The notes: generated from the sequence alone by a model not told the origin. DNA of 64,000 bases from Candidatus Bathyarchaeia archaeon (GCA_049512935.1 JBEKWR010000001.1:1-64000), one strand, 5' to 3'. Shown: positions 49,547-59,531, numbered from the stretch's first letter. Numbers and translations: made by a program.

Positions 49547-49587
49547 TGGAGCCTCAGGGCTGGATTTTAACCCGCGACCAATAGCTT
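49547..49587 (-). pseudogene. Degenerate 3' half of a tRNA (Thr-like)
   Basis: Minus strand AAGCTATTGGTCGCGGGTTAAAATCCAGCCCTGAGGCTCCA: variable loop, T-arm, GGC-T-CCA end. Confidence 0.65.
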
Positions 49588-49681
49588 GGTAAGATAAAAT
49601 TCAGTTTCTTTGCGTTGAATTGTTTTCAAGAAAGAACACTGTTTTTGCGTCAAAGCTTATATCATTTAGGTTGTGTCTTCT

Positions 49682-49942
49682 ATGTTAAGAGGGAAATTCG
49701 TGGTGGAAATTAAGGGCAAAAAGTTCACGGTTATTCTCAGGGAAGAACCTGAAGGGGGATACTCTGCGCAGTGTGTGGAGCTTCCAGGAGCAATAAGTGA
49801 AGGAGAGAACCGTAAAGAAGAAGCCCTCGCCAACATAAAAGACGCCATCGAAGGCTATCTAGAAACGTTCCCCGAAGAACTTGACCGAATAGATCTTCGG
49901 CAGGATTGCACCCGCAACATTACCCCATCAAGAATAGCCTAA
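49682..49942 (+). CDS. hicB: HicB family antitoxin (orphan)
   Basis: FTVIL.EEPEGGYSA.C.ELPGAISEGE...EEALANIKDAI.GYL. Confidence 0.85.
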   Translation: MLRGKFVVEIKGKKFTVILREEPEGGYSAQCVELPGAISEGENRKEEALANIKDAIEGYLETFPEELDRIDLRQDCTRNITPSRIA

Positions 49943-50039
49943 ACAGTTTATCGCCGTCAATTTCGCCTGCGATATTGATAGCAATTGGGAAAGCATTTTA
50001 GAGGCGACCATTACTGTATGGTTGCATTGGTGTTTGCTG

Positions 50040-50717
50040 ATGGATAAGCCGTACTTGCGAAAACTGTCTGAGCCCACGTTGGAGAATCCCGTTTTCGTTC
50101 AGGGGCTGCCTGGGTTCGGAAACGTCGGCAGGATTGCGGCTCATCTGCTCATAAAATTCTACAACGCTAAACCCTTCGCCGAGTTGCATTCGCCCAGCTT
50201 TCCAGACTACGTTTCTATAACGCCTAAGGGCATCGCTCACCTGCCCCGCTACGAGTTTTATTATGCTTCCACGGAGAAGGAGAAGAACAACTTGGTAATC
50301 ATGACAGGCGAGATTCAGCCTTCTTTTGATGATGTTGTTGCTCATTACGAGGTCTGCGAGGAAGTGGTTGATTTCGCGGCGTCTTTGGGCTGCCACTTCA
50401 TCGTGACTATGGGAGGCATACCGATAACCGAGGAGAAGGCGCAGGTCTACATCGCCGCCACCTCGCCAAGGCTGGCAAGGGAGTTCATGGAAAAAGGCGC
50501 AGTCATCTACAGCAAAGGAAGAATCGTCGGCGCCACTGGGCTGACGTTGGCGATGGCGAAGGAAAAAAAACTCGAAGGCGTCGCCCTGCTTGGAACAACG
50601 ACGGGGTTTAGGGCGGATCGTGAGGCTGGATTTCTCGTTTTCAAGTTTTTGATGAAGGCTTTAGGAAAAGAGATAAAAGAAGGTTTGGTAGAAAACAATG
50701 CACCAGAAGAACAATGA
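50040..50717 (+). CDS. PAC2 family proteasome assembly chaperone
   Basis: GLPGFGNVG.IAA.LL, FP.YV, TG.IQP, IVTMGG, G.IVGATGL. Confidence 0.88.
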   Translation: MDKPYLRKLSEPTLENPVFVQGLPGFGNVGRIAAHLLIKFYNAKPFAELHSPSFPDYVSITPKGIAHLPRYEFYYASTEKEKNNLVIMTGEIQPSFDDVVAHYEVCEEVVDFAASLGCHFIVTMGGIPITEEKAQVYIAATSPRLAREFMEKGAVIYSKGRIVGATGLTLAMAKEKKLEGVALLGTTTGFRADREAGFLVFKFLMKALGKEIKEGLVENNAPEEQ

Positions 50718-50729
50718 GTTGGGTGTCGC

Positions 50730-50960
50730 ATGATGGAAAATGAAAACTTGAAAGTTACGGGTATTTACAGCAAGTTCTGGAGAATAACCTTAGTTGTCGT
50801 ATCGATGCTTCTGATCTTTGTCGGTCCAACTTACTTTCCATACGCCTTGACCAAGCTAAAGGTAGACTATTTCGCGTCCATAGGCATCGGCTTTGTCCTT
50901 TTCGTTATCGGCATGGGGTTCATGGCTTTCCTCATCAGAAAGAAAATCATTACCGTCTAG
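50730..50960 (+). CDS. Small 2-TM membrane protein
   Basis: 76 aa, two hydrophobic helices, in operon position. Confidence 0.7.
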   Translation: MMENENLKVTGIYSKFWRITLVVVSMLLIFVGPTYFPYALTKLKVDYFASIGIGFVLFVIGMGFMAFLIRKKIITV

Positions 50961-51118
50961 GTTTGCCTCAGATACCCTAGGGTGCATCATCAATCAGCGT
51001 TTTGGATTCTTCATCGGCAAGTCTCTAGAGACCGCGACTGTTTTATTTAACTATTCATTGAGCCTATGGTGCAAACTGATTCTAAATATTCTTTCTCAAT
51101 ACATAAGACATATTACGT

Positions 51119-51727
51119 ATGCATAATGAAATAACGGGTATGCAGGAAAACAGCCGAGCCATCCCCTCTTTGCCCAAATTGAAAAGCGAAGAAGCAAAAC
51201 GAACAACGATCATTCTTGAGCGGAACGAGCGTGAATTCATCGAATCGTTGATTGCGGACGGAAAAGAGGCGGGAATTAAACCGCTCATCTCCAAAATGCT
51301 CGACATCTACAAGAGCATGATGATCTACGACTGGCGTTTCCCAGGCGAATACTATTGCGGAATAAGCCGCATGGCACTCGTAAACGTTGAATTGTTCAAC
51401 ATCCTGACTCAGCAGATTCCCAAGGAGCAATGGCGTGACATCGGCAAAAAGATGGGCGACGCCCTCAAAGTCTCCATCCAATCAACCCTGAACATTGAGG
51501 CAAATGACCAAGCAAACTGGGAAAAAATCTTTGAACGGCTCAAAGCCCAAGGCTTCGGAGACTTCTACTTGAAAGACAAGTTTCTGCTCCTCAAAACACC
51601 TTTCATCAACGAGTGCGAAATTTGGAAGGGCATCTTGGAAGGTTTGCTTTGCGTCGAGTTGGAAACCCGAAATTCGGTTCCGCCGCTGGTTTTTGAAATA
51701 AAAAAGCGTAAGCAGCCTTCAGTTTAG
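51119..51727 (+). CDS. Hypothetical protein, possibly RHH-like N-terminus plus V4R-like domain
   Basis: KRTTIILE.NER start; W..IG..MG, L...GFG, GILEGLL pattern. Confidence 0.65.
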   Translation: MHNEITGMQENSRAIPSLPKLKSEEAKRTTIILERNEREFIESLIADGKEAGIKPLISKMLDIYKSMMIYDWRFPGEYYCGISRMALVNVELFNILTQQIPKEQWRDIGKKMGDALKVSIQSTLNIEANDQANWEKIFERLKAQGFGDFYLKDKFLLLKTPFINECEIWKGILEGLLCVELETRNSVPPLVFEIKKRKQPSV

Positions 51728-51799
51728 CTGCTTTTTGTCTTTTGATAAGTTAAATATTGGGAAACGATTTATTAGGAAGACAGGCGTTCAGGTGTCTTT

Positions 51800-51980
51800 C
51801 AGTGGTATACGATGAGGGATTGCGTTCATACAAGGCGATTGCGTTCATTAAAGGCAATCCGAACCCTTCAAGTTTAAAGACGAAAAGCTACTTGTTGGTA
51901 GGCGCCCTCCTTCCTCAAAGTACCGTTTTAGCAAAACAAAAAACCCTCAGAGGTTACTCTAAAAATTTAGGTGAAACATT
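51800..51980 (+). promoter_or_regulatory. Long his-operon leader with tandem repeat and potential structure
   Basis: TATA-like GATTTATTA near 51767; 19-bp tandem GATTGCGTTCAT-NN-AAGGC; AGGTGA SD before hisG. Confidence 0.5.
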
Positions 51981-52982
51981 ATGGATAAAATAAAATTTGC
52001 CATTCCGAAAGGCTCCCTGGAAAAAGCGACAGCGGATTTCTTCGCGAAATCAGGCTTCAAAATCGGTGGAACAGAACGGACATACCGCCCAAGCATAAAT
52101 GACCCACAAATCGAAATGAAGGTTCTTAGACCCCAAGAAATCCCTGTCTTCGTCAGTGAAGGCTTGCAGGACCTGGGCATCACAGGCGAGGACTGGGTTA
52201 AAGAAAACCGAGCAGACGTCGAAATTCTCCAGAACCTTGAGTACGGAAAAATCAGGCTTGTGATAGCTGTACCGAAGACAGTCAGAGAAGGCACTACGAT
52301 GGGCGAGTTCATGGAGTCCATTTGGAGCCAAGGCAAAAACTTCCGTGTCAGCACAGAATACCTCAACATAGCCTCGGAATACCTAAGGAACACGCCCGAA
52401 TACAAGAATCGCTTCGGCAACATGGAACCTATGATTGTGACGCCGTGGTGGAGAAAAGGCGACAACGCAAGAGCAAAGATTTTCCTGTCGTTTGGCGCGA
52501 CTGAGGCGAAGCCGCCTGAAAACTCGGACTGCATCATGGATGTGACTGAAACAGGCACGACCATGGAGGCAAACAACTTGAGAATCATTGAGACCGTCCT
52601 GAAGTCCGAGGCTGTCCTTATCGCTAACAAAAAAGCCCTCGAAGACCCAGAGAAACGGGAAAAAATCCACGACATATTAGCATTGCTCAAAGGAGTCGTA
52701 GACGGGTCAAAGAGAATCCACATATTTGTCAACGTCAAAAAATCAAACCTGCAGAAACTGCTAACTGAACTGCCCGCGTTGAAAAACCCGACGATATCGC
52801 CCTTAGCCGACGAGAACTGGGTCAGCGTTAACACAGTCATCGAAAAAGACTGCTTAATCGAGCTGCTGCCAAAAATCCGCAAACTAGCCCAAGGCTTAGT
52901 AGTTTACGAGCCGCGGCAGGTACTGGCGTTAGACGAAATTAGTAAAAGAGAGGAGAAATCGTGCAAAATCAAAGCCAAGTGA
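51981..52982 (+). CDS. hisG: ATP phosphoribosyltransferase, long form
   Basis: AIPKGSL, RPQEIP, DLGITGED, GATE, DVTETGTT, C-terminal PTISPL domain. Confidence 0.96.
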   Translation: MDKIKFAIPKGSLEKATADFFAKSGFKIGGTERTYRPSINDPQIEMKVLRPQEIPVFVSEGLQDLGITGEDWVKENRADVEILQNLEYGKIRLVIAVPKTVREGTTMGEFMESIWSQGKNFRVSTEYLNIASEYLRNTPEYKNRFGNMEPMIVTPWWRKGDNARAKIFLSFGATEAKPPENSDCIMDVTETGTTMEANNLRIIETVLKSEAVLIANKKALEDPEKREKIHDILALLKGVVDGSKRIHIFVNVKKSNLQKLLTELPALKNPTISPLADENWVSVNTVIEKDCLIELLPKIRKLAQGLVVYEPRQVLALDEISKREEKSCKIKAK

Positions 52983-54262
52983 AAATCTACAAGTCAGAAG
53001 CGCTACCGCCTGACTGGTTTAAACGGCAAAAAGCAGATGAAAAGGCAGCTCAAGAAGTTGAAAACAACGTTAAAGCCATCGTAAAGCAAGTTAGAGAAAA
53101 CGGCGATGGAGCGCTGGTTGAGTTTGCCCTAAAATTTGACAAAGCCGAACTGACCTTGAAAACAATCAAAGTCTACAAGGAGGAAATCAAAGAAGCCTAC
53201 AGGAGAACTAGCCGCGAACAAGTCTCTGCTTTAAAATTCATGATAGATAGGGTCAAAACTTTCCAAAAGCAACTGCTCACCCAAACCGAAGTAAAAACCT
53301 TGGGCGACGGCATATCGGTTCAGACTGTTCTACGTCCAATCGAAAGCGTCGGCTGCTACGTTCCAGGAGGACAAGCCGCTTATCCAAGTACACTAGTCAT
53401 GACTGTGGTTCCAGCCAAAGTCGCAGGCGTTCCAAGGATTGTCGTTTGTTCACCATCAGACGCAAAAGGAAGAGTAAACCCTCTTGTTCTTGTCGCCGCC
53501 GACATGTGCGGGGTCGATGAGATTTACAAGGTAGGTGGAGCTCAAGCCATCGCTGCGTTAGCTTACGGAACAAAAATCATTAAACCCGTGCGAAAAATCG
53601 TTGGTCCAGGCAGCAAATTCGTGACGGCGGCGAAGGTTCTGGTTTCAACGGATGTGGCGATTGACATGCCTGCTGGTCCAAGTGAAGTGGTCGTTTTGGC
53701 TGATGAGTCGGCTGACGCGCGGCTGATTGCTTTTGACATGGTTTCTCAGGCTGAGCATGGTGGAGACAGCGTTGCTGGACTCATAACAACCTCTGAAAGC
53801 GTCGCCCTGAAAGTTCAAGAGTATCTCGGGTCGGTTGCTGCTTCAGCTGAAAGGAGCGAAAAAATCTCAGAGGCACTAGCAAAATACGGCTTCATAATAG
53901 TGTGCAAAAGCATGGAAGAGGCGATGGGTTTAGTTAATCAGTTTGCGCCTGAACACTTAGAAGTCATGACTTCTAAGCCAAAGGAGATTGCAGAGAAACT
54001 AACCGCTGGCCTAATACTTCTAGGTCCATACAGCCCAGTTGCCCTAAGCGATTACGGCATTGGAACCAACCATGTACTGCCAACAGGCGGCTTCGCCCAG
54101 TCGTTTTCAGGCTTATCCACTTTGGACTTTATGCGGCGAGTAAGCATAGTTGAAAGCTCAAGAACAGCTCTAGAAAGAGTAAAAGACAGCATCAAAGTCA
54201 TGACGGAAGCAGAAAACCTTCCGAATCACTACAAAGCGATAGAGGCGAGATTCGAAAAATGA
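52979..54262 (+). CDS. hisD: Histidinol dehydrogenase
   Basis: GCYVPGG, GGAQAIAALAYG, IDMPAGPSE, SQAEH, APEHL, GTNHVLPT. Confidence 0.97.
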   Translation: MKIYKSEALPPDWFKRQKADEKAAQEVENNVKAIVKQVRENGDGALVEFALKFDKAELTLKTIKVYKEEIKEAYRRTSREQVSALKFMIDRVKTFQKQLLTQTEVKTLGDGISVQTVLRPIESVGCYVPGGQAAYPSTLVMTVVPAKVAGVPRIVVCSPSDAKGRVNPLVLVAADMCGVDEIYKVGGAQAIAALAYGTKIIKPVRKIVGPGSKFVTAAKVLVSTDVAIDMPAGPSEVVVLADESADARLIAFDMVSQAEHGGDSVAGLITTSESVALKVQEYLGSVAASAERSEKISEALAKYGFIIVCKSMEEAMGLVNQFAPEHLEVMTSKPKEIAEKLTAGLILLGPYSPVALSDYGIGTNHVLPTGGFAQSFSGLSTLDFMRRVSIVESSRTALERVKDSIKVMTEAENLPNHYKAIEARFEK

Positions 54263-55377
54263 GCACGTCTTACAGAAAATGGCTTAAGAACAAAATCGCA
54301 AAGCTCCAGGCGATAGACTGCTACTCGGCAGGAGCCACGCCTGAAACCGTAGCGAAACAGATAGGCGTCTCCCCGAGTAAGATCGTCAAGCTGAACTTTA
54401 ACGAGAGCATGTTCGTTGACAGGGCAAGGCAGATGGAACTGGTCAAAGAAGTGGCGAACGAATTGGACCTGCGATTGTACCCTGAGGATGAAGTGCCAAA
54501 GTTTCTTGCCAAGCTTTCAAGCTACATTGGGGCTCCAGAGAACTTCCTTGTTGTCGGCAACGGCGGCGACGAATTGATTGACCGCATGGTAAGACTCTTC
54601 ATGGAAAAAGGGGAAGCCGCACTTTCGTTTGCACCCACCTTTAGCATTCCAAAGCTTTGCGTGAAAAGGCAAGAAGGCGAGTACATTTCGGTGCCGCTTT
54701 TAAGCAACATGCAACTTGACGTGAAAGGAATGTTAGCGAAGTTCTCCGACAAGACAAGGCTCCTGTACCTCTGTTCACCAAACAACCCAACTTCAAACCA
54801 GTTCAAGATGAAGGACGTCGAAACTTTAGCCAAAGCATTCCCCGGCATAGTCCTATTAGACGAGGCTTACGGCGAATTTGCCGACTACTCATTTGTGCCG
54901 AGGATAAGGGAGTTCCCGAACATGATAATCCTGCGCACGTTCTCCAAAGCCTTCGGGTTAGCGGCTCTCAGGCTCGGCTACGCCGTGGCAAACCCGGAGC
55001 TGGCAAAGATTTTGACGGAAAAGACTCCGTTGCCCTACCCCGTTAGCGGTTTTACTTTGCGGATGGGCGGCAAAATGCTTGACAACATCGACTTGATGAG
55101 AAAGTCGGTGCATGAACTTGTGGCTGAACGGGGAAAACTGATAAAGTCGCTGAACCAGATAGATGGAGTGCAAGCCTTCGACTCGCAAGCGGATTTCCTG
55201 CTGGTCAACACGGAAAAGCCCGCGGACGAAGTGAACGAGAAGCTGCTGAAAAGGGGCATAATGCTGAAGAAATGGGGCGGAATCCTGCAGTACCCCAACT
55301 GCTTCCGCGTCACGGTGGGCTTGCCTGAAATGAACGCTAAGCTGGTTGAGGCGTTAAAGCAGATTCAGGGTGATTGA
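54259..55377 (+). CDS. hisC: Histidinol-phosphate aminotransferase
   Basis: KLNFNE, GNGGDE, SPNNPT, DEAY, RTFSKAFGLAALRLGY. Confidence 0.96.
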   Translation: MSTSYRKWLKNKIAKLQAIDCYSAGATPETVAKQIGVSPSKIVKLNFNESMFVDRARQMELVKEVANELDLRLYPEDEVPKFLAKLSSYIGAPENFLVVGNGGDELIDRMVRLFMEKGEAALSFAPTFSIPKLCVKRQEGEYISVPLLSNMQLDVKGMLAKFSDKTRLLYLCSPNNPTSNQFKMKDVETLAKAFPGIVLLDEAYGEFADYSFVPRIREFPNMIILRTFSKAFGLAALRLGYAVANPELAKILTEKTPLPYPVSGFTLRMGGKMLDNIDLMRKSVHELVAERGKLIKSLNQIDGVQAFDSQADFLLVNTEKPADEVNEKLLKRGIMLKKWGGILQYPNCFRVTVGLPEMNAKLVEALKQIQGD

Positions 55378-55379
55378 AG

Positions 55380-55955
55380 ATGAGGACCGAAGAAGTTTAC
55401 CGCAAAACCAAAGAGACCGAAGTTCAGGTGAAAGTGAACCTTGACGGGGAAGGAAAAGCAGACGTAGCCACGGGCGTGCCGTTCCTCGATCACATGTTAA
55501 CTTCGCTTGCAACGCACAGCCTAATCGACATATCAGCGTCGGTGAAGGGCGACTTGGTGCACCACTGCGTTGAAGACTTAGCCATAGGCCTCGGCGAAGC
55601 AATAAACAAAGCTTTGGGCACGCGGGAAGGCATCGCACGGTTCGGCAACGCCGCTGCCCCGATGGACTGCTCCTTAGCGTTTGCAGCCGTAGACCTTGTC
55701 AAGCGACCCTACTTCAAAATTGACCTGAAACTGAGGGGAAAAAAGGTGGAGAACATGCCGACGGAAGACATAGTGCACTTCTTCGAATCCTTCGCCACCT
55801 CGCTTGGGTCAAACGTCCACGTCTACGTCGAGTACGGCAGCAACGACCACCACAAGGCAGAAGCAGCCGTCAAAGCCCTCGCCCTTTCGCTTCGGCAGGC
55901 GGTGGCGTTGGATCCCAGACGCAAAGGCGTGCCAAGCTCAAAAGGAGTCATCTGA
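55380..55955 (+). CDS. hisB: Imidazoleglycerol-phosphate dehydratase (monofunctional)
   Basis: RKTKET, FLDHML, HHCVED, PMD, NDHHKAEA, PSSKG. Confidence 0.97.
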   Translation: MRTEEVYRKTKETEVQVKVNLDGEGKADVATGVPFLDHMLTSLATHSLIDISASVKGDLVHHCVEDLAIGLGEAINKALGTREGIARFGNAAAPMDCSLAFAAVDLVKRPYFKIDLKLRGKKVENMPTEDIVHFFESFATSLGSNVHVYVEYGSNDHHKAEAAVKALALSLRQAVALDPRRKGVPSSKGVI

Positions 55956-55957
55956 AC

Positions 55958-56563
55958 GTGGCGAAAGCAGTCATATTTGACTATGGCGTCGGCAACCTAC
56001 TCAGCTTAAGAACTGCCCTAGAGAAAGTAGGGTTAGAAGCATCAATCGGCACTACAGCGAAAGAACTAGCCAAAGCTGATGCAATTGCTCTGCCAGGTGT
56101 CGGAGCCTTCACCTCAGCAGTATCGCGGCTCGAGGAGATTAAAGAAACACTTATCAGTAAGGTGCAAGAGGGCACGCCACTGCTGGGTGTCTGTTTGGGT
56201 TTGCAGCTTTTCTTTGAATCCAGCGAGGAGGGACCAGGAGACGGCTTAGCACTCTTCAAAGGCAAAACCGTAAGCCTGCCAAACACGGTTAAGGTGCCGC
56301 ACATGGGTTGGAACACGCTCAGCATCATTGGGCAAAACGAGCTTTTCGACGGCGTAGCGGAAGGCTCGTACGTGTATTTCGTGCACTCGCTCTACCCAGT
56401 CCCCGCCGACAAGTCGATAGTGGCGGCGCAAACCGAGTACGGCGTAACATTCACTTCAGCAATAGCCAGCAAAAACGTCTACGGAACCCAGTTTCACCCA
56501 GAAAAATCAGGCGACCTCGGCTTAGCAATCCTCAAAAACTTCGCCAAAACAGTCGTAAGGTGA
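55958..56563 (+). CDS. hisH: IGP synthase glutaminase subunit
   Basis: DYGVGN, LPGVG, GVCLG, PHMGWN, YFVHS, QFHPEKS. Confidence 0.97.
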   Translation: MAKAVIFDYGVGNLLSLRTALEKVGLEASIGTTAKELAKADAIALPGVGAFTSAVSRLEEIKETLISKVQEGTPLLGVCLGLQLFFESSEEGPGDGLALFKGKTVSLPNTVKVPHMGWNTLSIIGQNELFDGVAEGSYVYFVHSLYPVPADKSIVAAQTEYGVTFTSAIASKNVYGTQFHPEKSGDLGLAILKNFAKTVVR

Positions 56564-56568
56564 CACGC

Positions 56569-57297
56569 ATGCAGTTGATTCCAGCCATCGACCTCATGGG
56601 CGGCAAAATCGTCCGCTTAACCCGCGGCGACCCAAAAACCGCCAAATTCTACGAAGCACAGTTCGGAACGCCAGTTCAAGCCGCGAAACATTGGCGAGAC
56701 GAAGGCGCGGGTAAACTGCACATCATCGATTTGGACGCCGCTTTCGGGATCGGCAACAACCACGCAGTCATCGCCGAGGTTGCAGAAGCCGCGAAATTGC
56801 CTATTCAGGTCGGCGGCGGAATCCGCAGTTTCGAAACGGCGGAAAAACTACTTCAGATGGGCGCGACCCAAGTCATACTCGGCGCATTAGCCTTCAGCGA
56901 CCCCTCAGCCATCCGCAAAATCCAAACCAAATTCGGCTTAGACTCCGTTATCGTCGCGTTAGACAACAAGGAGGGACTCGTGATGGTTGAAGGCTGGAAA
57001 ACCGCGACTCCCATGACCGTTGAAGAAGCCCTTGACAAGTACACCGAACTTGGTGCACACATTTTCCTCGTAACTTCCATAGCTCAAGACGGCATGCTCA
57101 GCGGACCAGACCTGCAAACGCTAAGCGGAGCCACGCAGCACCCAAACGCAAAAATCTTAGCGGCAGGCGGAATCGGCACCATAGGAGACTTGGCGGCTCT
57201 CAAGGACATCGGGGTGGAAGGCGCCGTCATCGGGAAAGCCCTTTACGAAGGCAAGTTCACTCTGAAAGAAGCCATAAGCAAGATAGGAGCCAGCTAA
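56569..57297 (+). CDS. hisA: ProFAR isomerase
   Basis: [38 protein letters not shown]. Confidence 0.96.
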   Translation: MQLIPAIDLMGGKIVRLTRGDPKTAKFYEAQFGTPVQAAKHWRDEGAGKLHIIDLDAAFGIGNNHAVIAEVAEAAKLPIQVGGGIRSFETAEKLLQMGATQVILGALAFSDPSAIRKIQTKFGLDSVIVALDNKEGLVMVEGWKTATPMTVEEALDKYTELGAHIFLVTSIAQDGMLSGPDLQTLSGATQHPNAKILAAGGIGTIGDLAALKDIGVEGAVIGKALYEGKFTLKEAISKIGAS

Positions 57298-57298
57298 A

Positions 57299-58102
57299 AT
57301 GCCGTTAGCCAAACGCATAGTGCCATGCCTCGATGTTGACCACGGGAAAGTGGTGAAGTGCATAAACTTCCTTAACCCGAAGCGGGCAGGCGACCCAGTG
57401 GAGTTGGCTAAACGCTACTCAGACGACGGCGCAGACGAACTGGTTTTCCTCGACATAACCGCCTCTTCCGAGAAACGCGACATCCTGCGCGGGGTGGTCG
57501 AAGGCGTGGCAAAAGCGGTCAGCATCCCCTTCACCGTGGGCGGCGGAGTACGCAACGTTTCAGACGCAAGGCTCGTGCTGTGCAGCGGCGCCGACAAGGT
57601 TTCCGTCAACACCGCGGCAGTGGAAAAACCCAAGGTCATCACGGAGTTGGCTGACGTTTTCGGCAGGCAATGCGTCGTGTGCGCCATTGATGCGAGAAGA
57701 AACCGCGCAGCCTGCGACGGCAAGATTATGGTTGAGACTGGCGAGGGCAAATTGTGGTTTGAAGTTGTCACTTACGGGGGCAGGAAACCCACGGGAATCG
57801 ACGCCATTGCTTGGGCGCTGCAAGCGGAGAAGCTTGGGGCAGGCGAGTTCCTTGTCACTTCGATGGATCGGGACGGCACCAAAGACGGCTACGACATCGA
57901 GTTAACCCGCGCAATCAGCGAACGCGTCAACGTCCCAATCATCGCAAGCGGCGGCGCTGGGACGCCTGAGCATCTTCTCGAAGTTTTCACCAAGGGCAAA
58001 GCGGATGCCGCGCTGGCAGCTTCAATCTTCCACTACAACCAGTACCCTGTTCCAGTCGTGAAGGATTACCTGCGAAAGATGGGGGTGATAATTAGAACAT
58101 GA
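57299..58102 (+). CDS. hisF: IGP synthase cyclase subunit
   Basis: [42 protein letters not shown]. Confidence 0.97.
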   Translation: MPLAKRIVPCLDVDHGKVVKCINFLNPKRAGDPVELAKRYSDDGADELVFLDITASSEKRDILRGVVEGVAKAVSIPFTVGGGVRNVSDARLVLCSGADKVSVNTAAVEKPKVITELADVFGRQCVVCAIDARRNRAACDGKIMVETGEGKLWFEVVTYGGRKPTGIDAIAWALQAEKLGAGEFLVTSMDRDGTKDGYDIELTRAISERVNVPIIASGGAGTPEHLLEVFTKGKADAALAASIFHYNQYPVPVVKDYLRKMGVIIRT

Positions 58103-58452
58103 CAACGACATCGGAGCTGCTTGACAAGCTGGATTTCAAGAAGGGCAACGGACTCCTCCCAGTCGTCGTGCAGGACGCGAAGACCAAGGAGGTTCTGATG
58201 CTGGCTTACGCGAACCGCCAAGCCGTCGAGCACACGCTCAAAACGGGCAAAGGCACATATTGGAGCCGCAGCCGCAACGAGTTGTGGGTTAAGGGTGAAA
58301 CTTCGGGGCACACTCAGAAAATCGTTTCCGTCTCAACCGACTGCGACTACGATACACTCCTCTATGTGGTGGAACAGACGGGACCCGCATGCCACACAGG
58401 CAAATACAGCTGCTTCCACAACCCGCTACTGAAAAACACGGAAAAGCCGTAG
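58099..58452 (+). CDS. hisI: Phosphoribosyl-AMP cyclohydrolase (no HisE domain)
   Basis: [28 protein letters not shown]. Confidence 0.96.
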   Translation: MTTTSELLDKLDFKKGNGLLPVVVQDAKTKEVLMLAYANRQAVEHTLKTGKGTYWSRSRNELWVKGETSGHTQKIVSVSTDCDYDTLLYVVEQTGPACHTGKYSCFHNPLLKNTEKP

Positions 58453-58454
58453 AC

Positions 58455-58742
58455 CTATCGGAGCTTGAACTGCTCCCTAAACTCTGTGCTCGACTCACTA
58501 ATAGCCTTCAAGTCATCTTCAGAGAGAAGTTTTCTAAGCTTGTGAAAAGCTCTTTCGCTTTTAAGTCGTTGCCAATCTGTGCACATTTCAAGCAGAAAGT
58601 CGCCCCATGTTTTATCCCCTTTCATAAGTTTCAAGTGTTCCTTTACTTCCATTGGAACCGAGATTGAGGCATATTTACTATTTTTCGGCAACTGATCACT
58701 CTGAATTATTTGTTCAACCACTCCTAAAATGCTTTGTCTCAA
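58455..58742 (-). CDS. VapB-like antitoxin (orphan; start uncertain)
   Basis: YASISVP.EVKE.L..MKG.KTW.DFL RHH-like segment; ends EFREQFKLR. Confidence 0.65.
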   Translation of the reverse strand: MRQSILGVVEQIIQSDQLPKNSKYASISVPMEVKEHLKLMKGDKTWGDFLLEMCTDWQRLKSERAFHKLRKLLSEDDLKAISESSTEFREQFKLR

Positions 58743-58805
58743 CTGATTGCTTAAGGCTTAGTCCAGAAAAGGCTTAAGTCTGCGTGATTCTTTAAGTAAG
58801 GAATC

Positions 58806-59132
58806 ATGGAAATTCAAGTTCAAAAGCTGCCTGAAGCATTAAAAAGGAAGGGGTTGGAGGAGAAGCTATCGGAGATTTGCAAAGCAAACGACATTGTTTT
58901 TTTGGCAGTGTTCGGGTCTTATGTCCGGGGCGAGCAACACCGAGGAAGCGATGTTGATATCGCCATTGAATTCGACCAATGCAAGGAAAAAAGCCTCTTA
59001 GACTTAATCCACATAGAATATGAACTAAGCAGAGTCTTCAAACGCAAAGTTGACCTTGGAATATTCAGCAGTCTGCACCCCTATGTAATTGACGATGTAA
59101 AAAAAGAGATGCGCGTCATCTATGAAAGATGA
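58806..59132 (+). CDS. mntA: Minimal nucleotidyltransferase (MNT) antitoxin
   Basis: VFGSYVRGE....SDVDIAIEF, RKVDL. Confidence 0.92.
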   Translation: MEIQVQKLPEALKRKGLEEKLSEICKANDIVFLAVFGSYVRGEQHRGSDVDIAIEFDQCKEKSLLDLIHIEYELSRVFKRKVDLGIFSSLHPYVIDDVKKEMRVIYER

Positions 59133-59460
59133 CAGAGTTTATCTCAAGCATATTTTAGATACAATCTGCGATGTAGAGCAATTCACGAAAGGGCTGTCAA
59201 AAGACGACTTTTATCGCAACAGAGAAAAACAATATGCGGTTTTGCGCGGATTAGAGATAATTGGTGAAGCAACCAAGAACCTGAGCAGCGAACTAAAGAA
59301 AGCAAACTCTGAGGTAAATTGGAAGGATATCGCTGGAATGCGTGATCAACTGATTCACGTGTACTTTGGCGTCAATTTGCCGATAGTCTGGAAAACCGTT
59401 GAAGAGGATCTGCCCTGCCTGAAGAAGCAAGTGCAGAAGTTACTGACGAGCCATGAGTAA
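59122..59460 (+). CDS. hepT: HEPN (DUF86) toxin
   Basis: LEIIGEA, W..IAGMRDQLIH.YFGV (RX4H). Confidence 0.92.
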   Translation: MKDDRVYLKHILDTICDVEQFTKGLSKDDFYRNREKQYAVLRGLEIIGEATKNLSSELKKANSEVNWKDIAGMRDQLIHVYFGVNLPIVWKTVEEDLPCLKKQVQKLLTSHE

Positions 59461-59531
59461 TATTGCGAGCAGGCGCTTGCACTCAATCCTTTTAAACAAA
59501 CCCGTGCCTTATTCTTTTGGTGGAATTGTTG

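Noticed and set aside
51959-52882. 307-aa antisense ORF over hisG, and similar shadow ORFs over smc, ubiD, gltX and his genes
   Set aside because: Antisense shadows of well-supported genes
58680-58742. hisE remnant in the N-terminal extension of the 58455 ORF
   Set aside because: Wrong strand relative to the operon and no HisE motif
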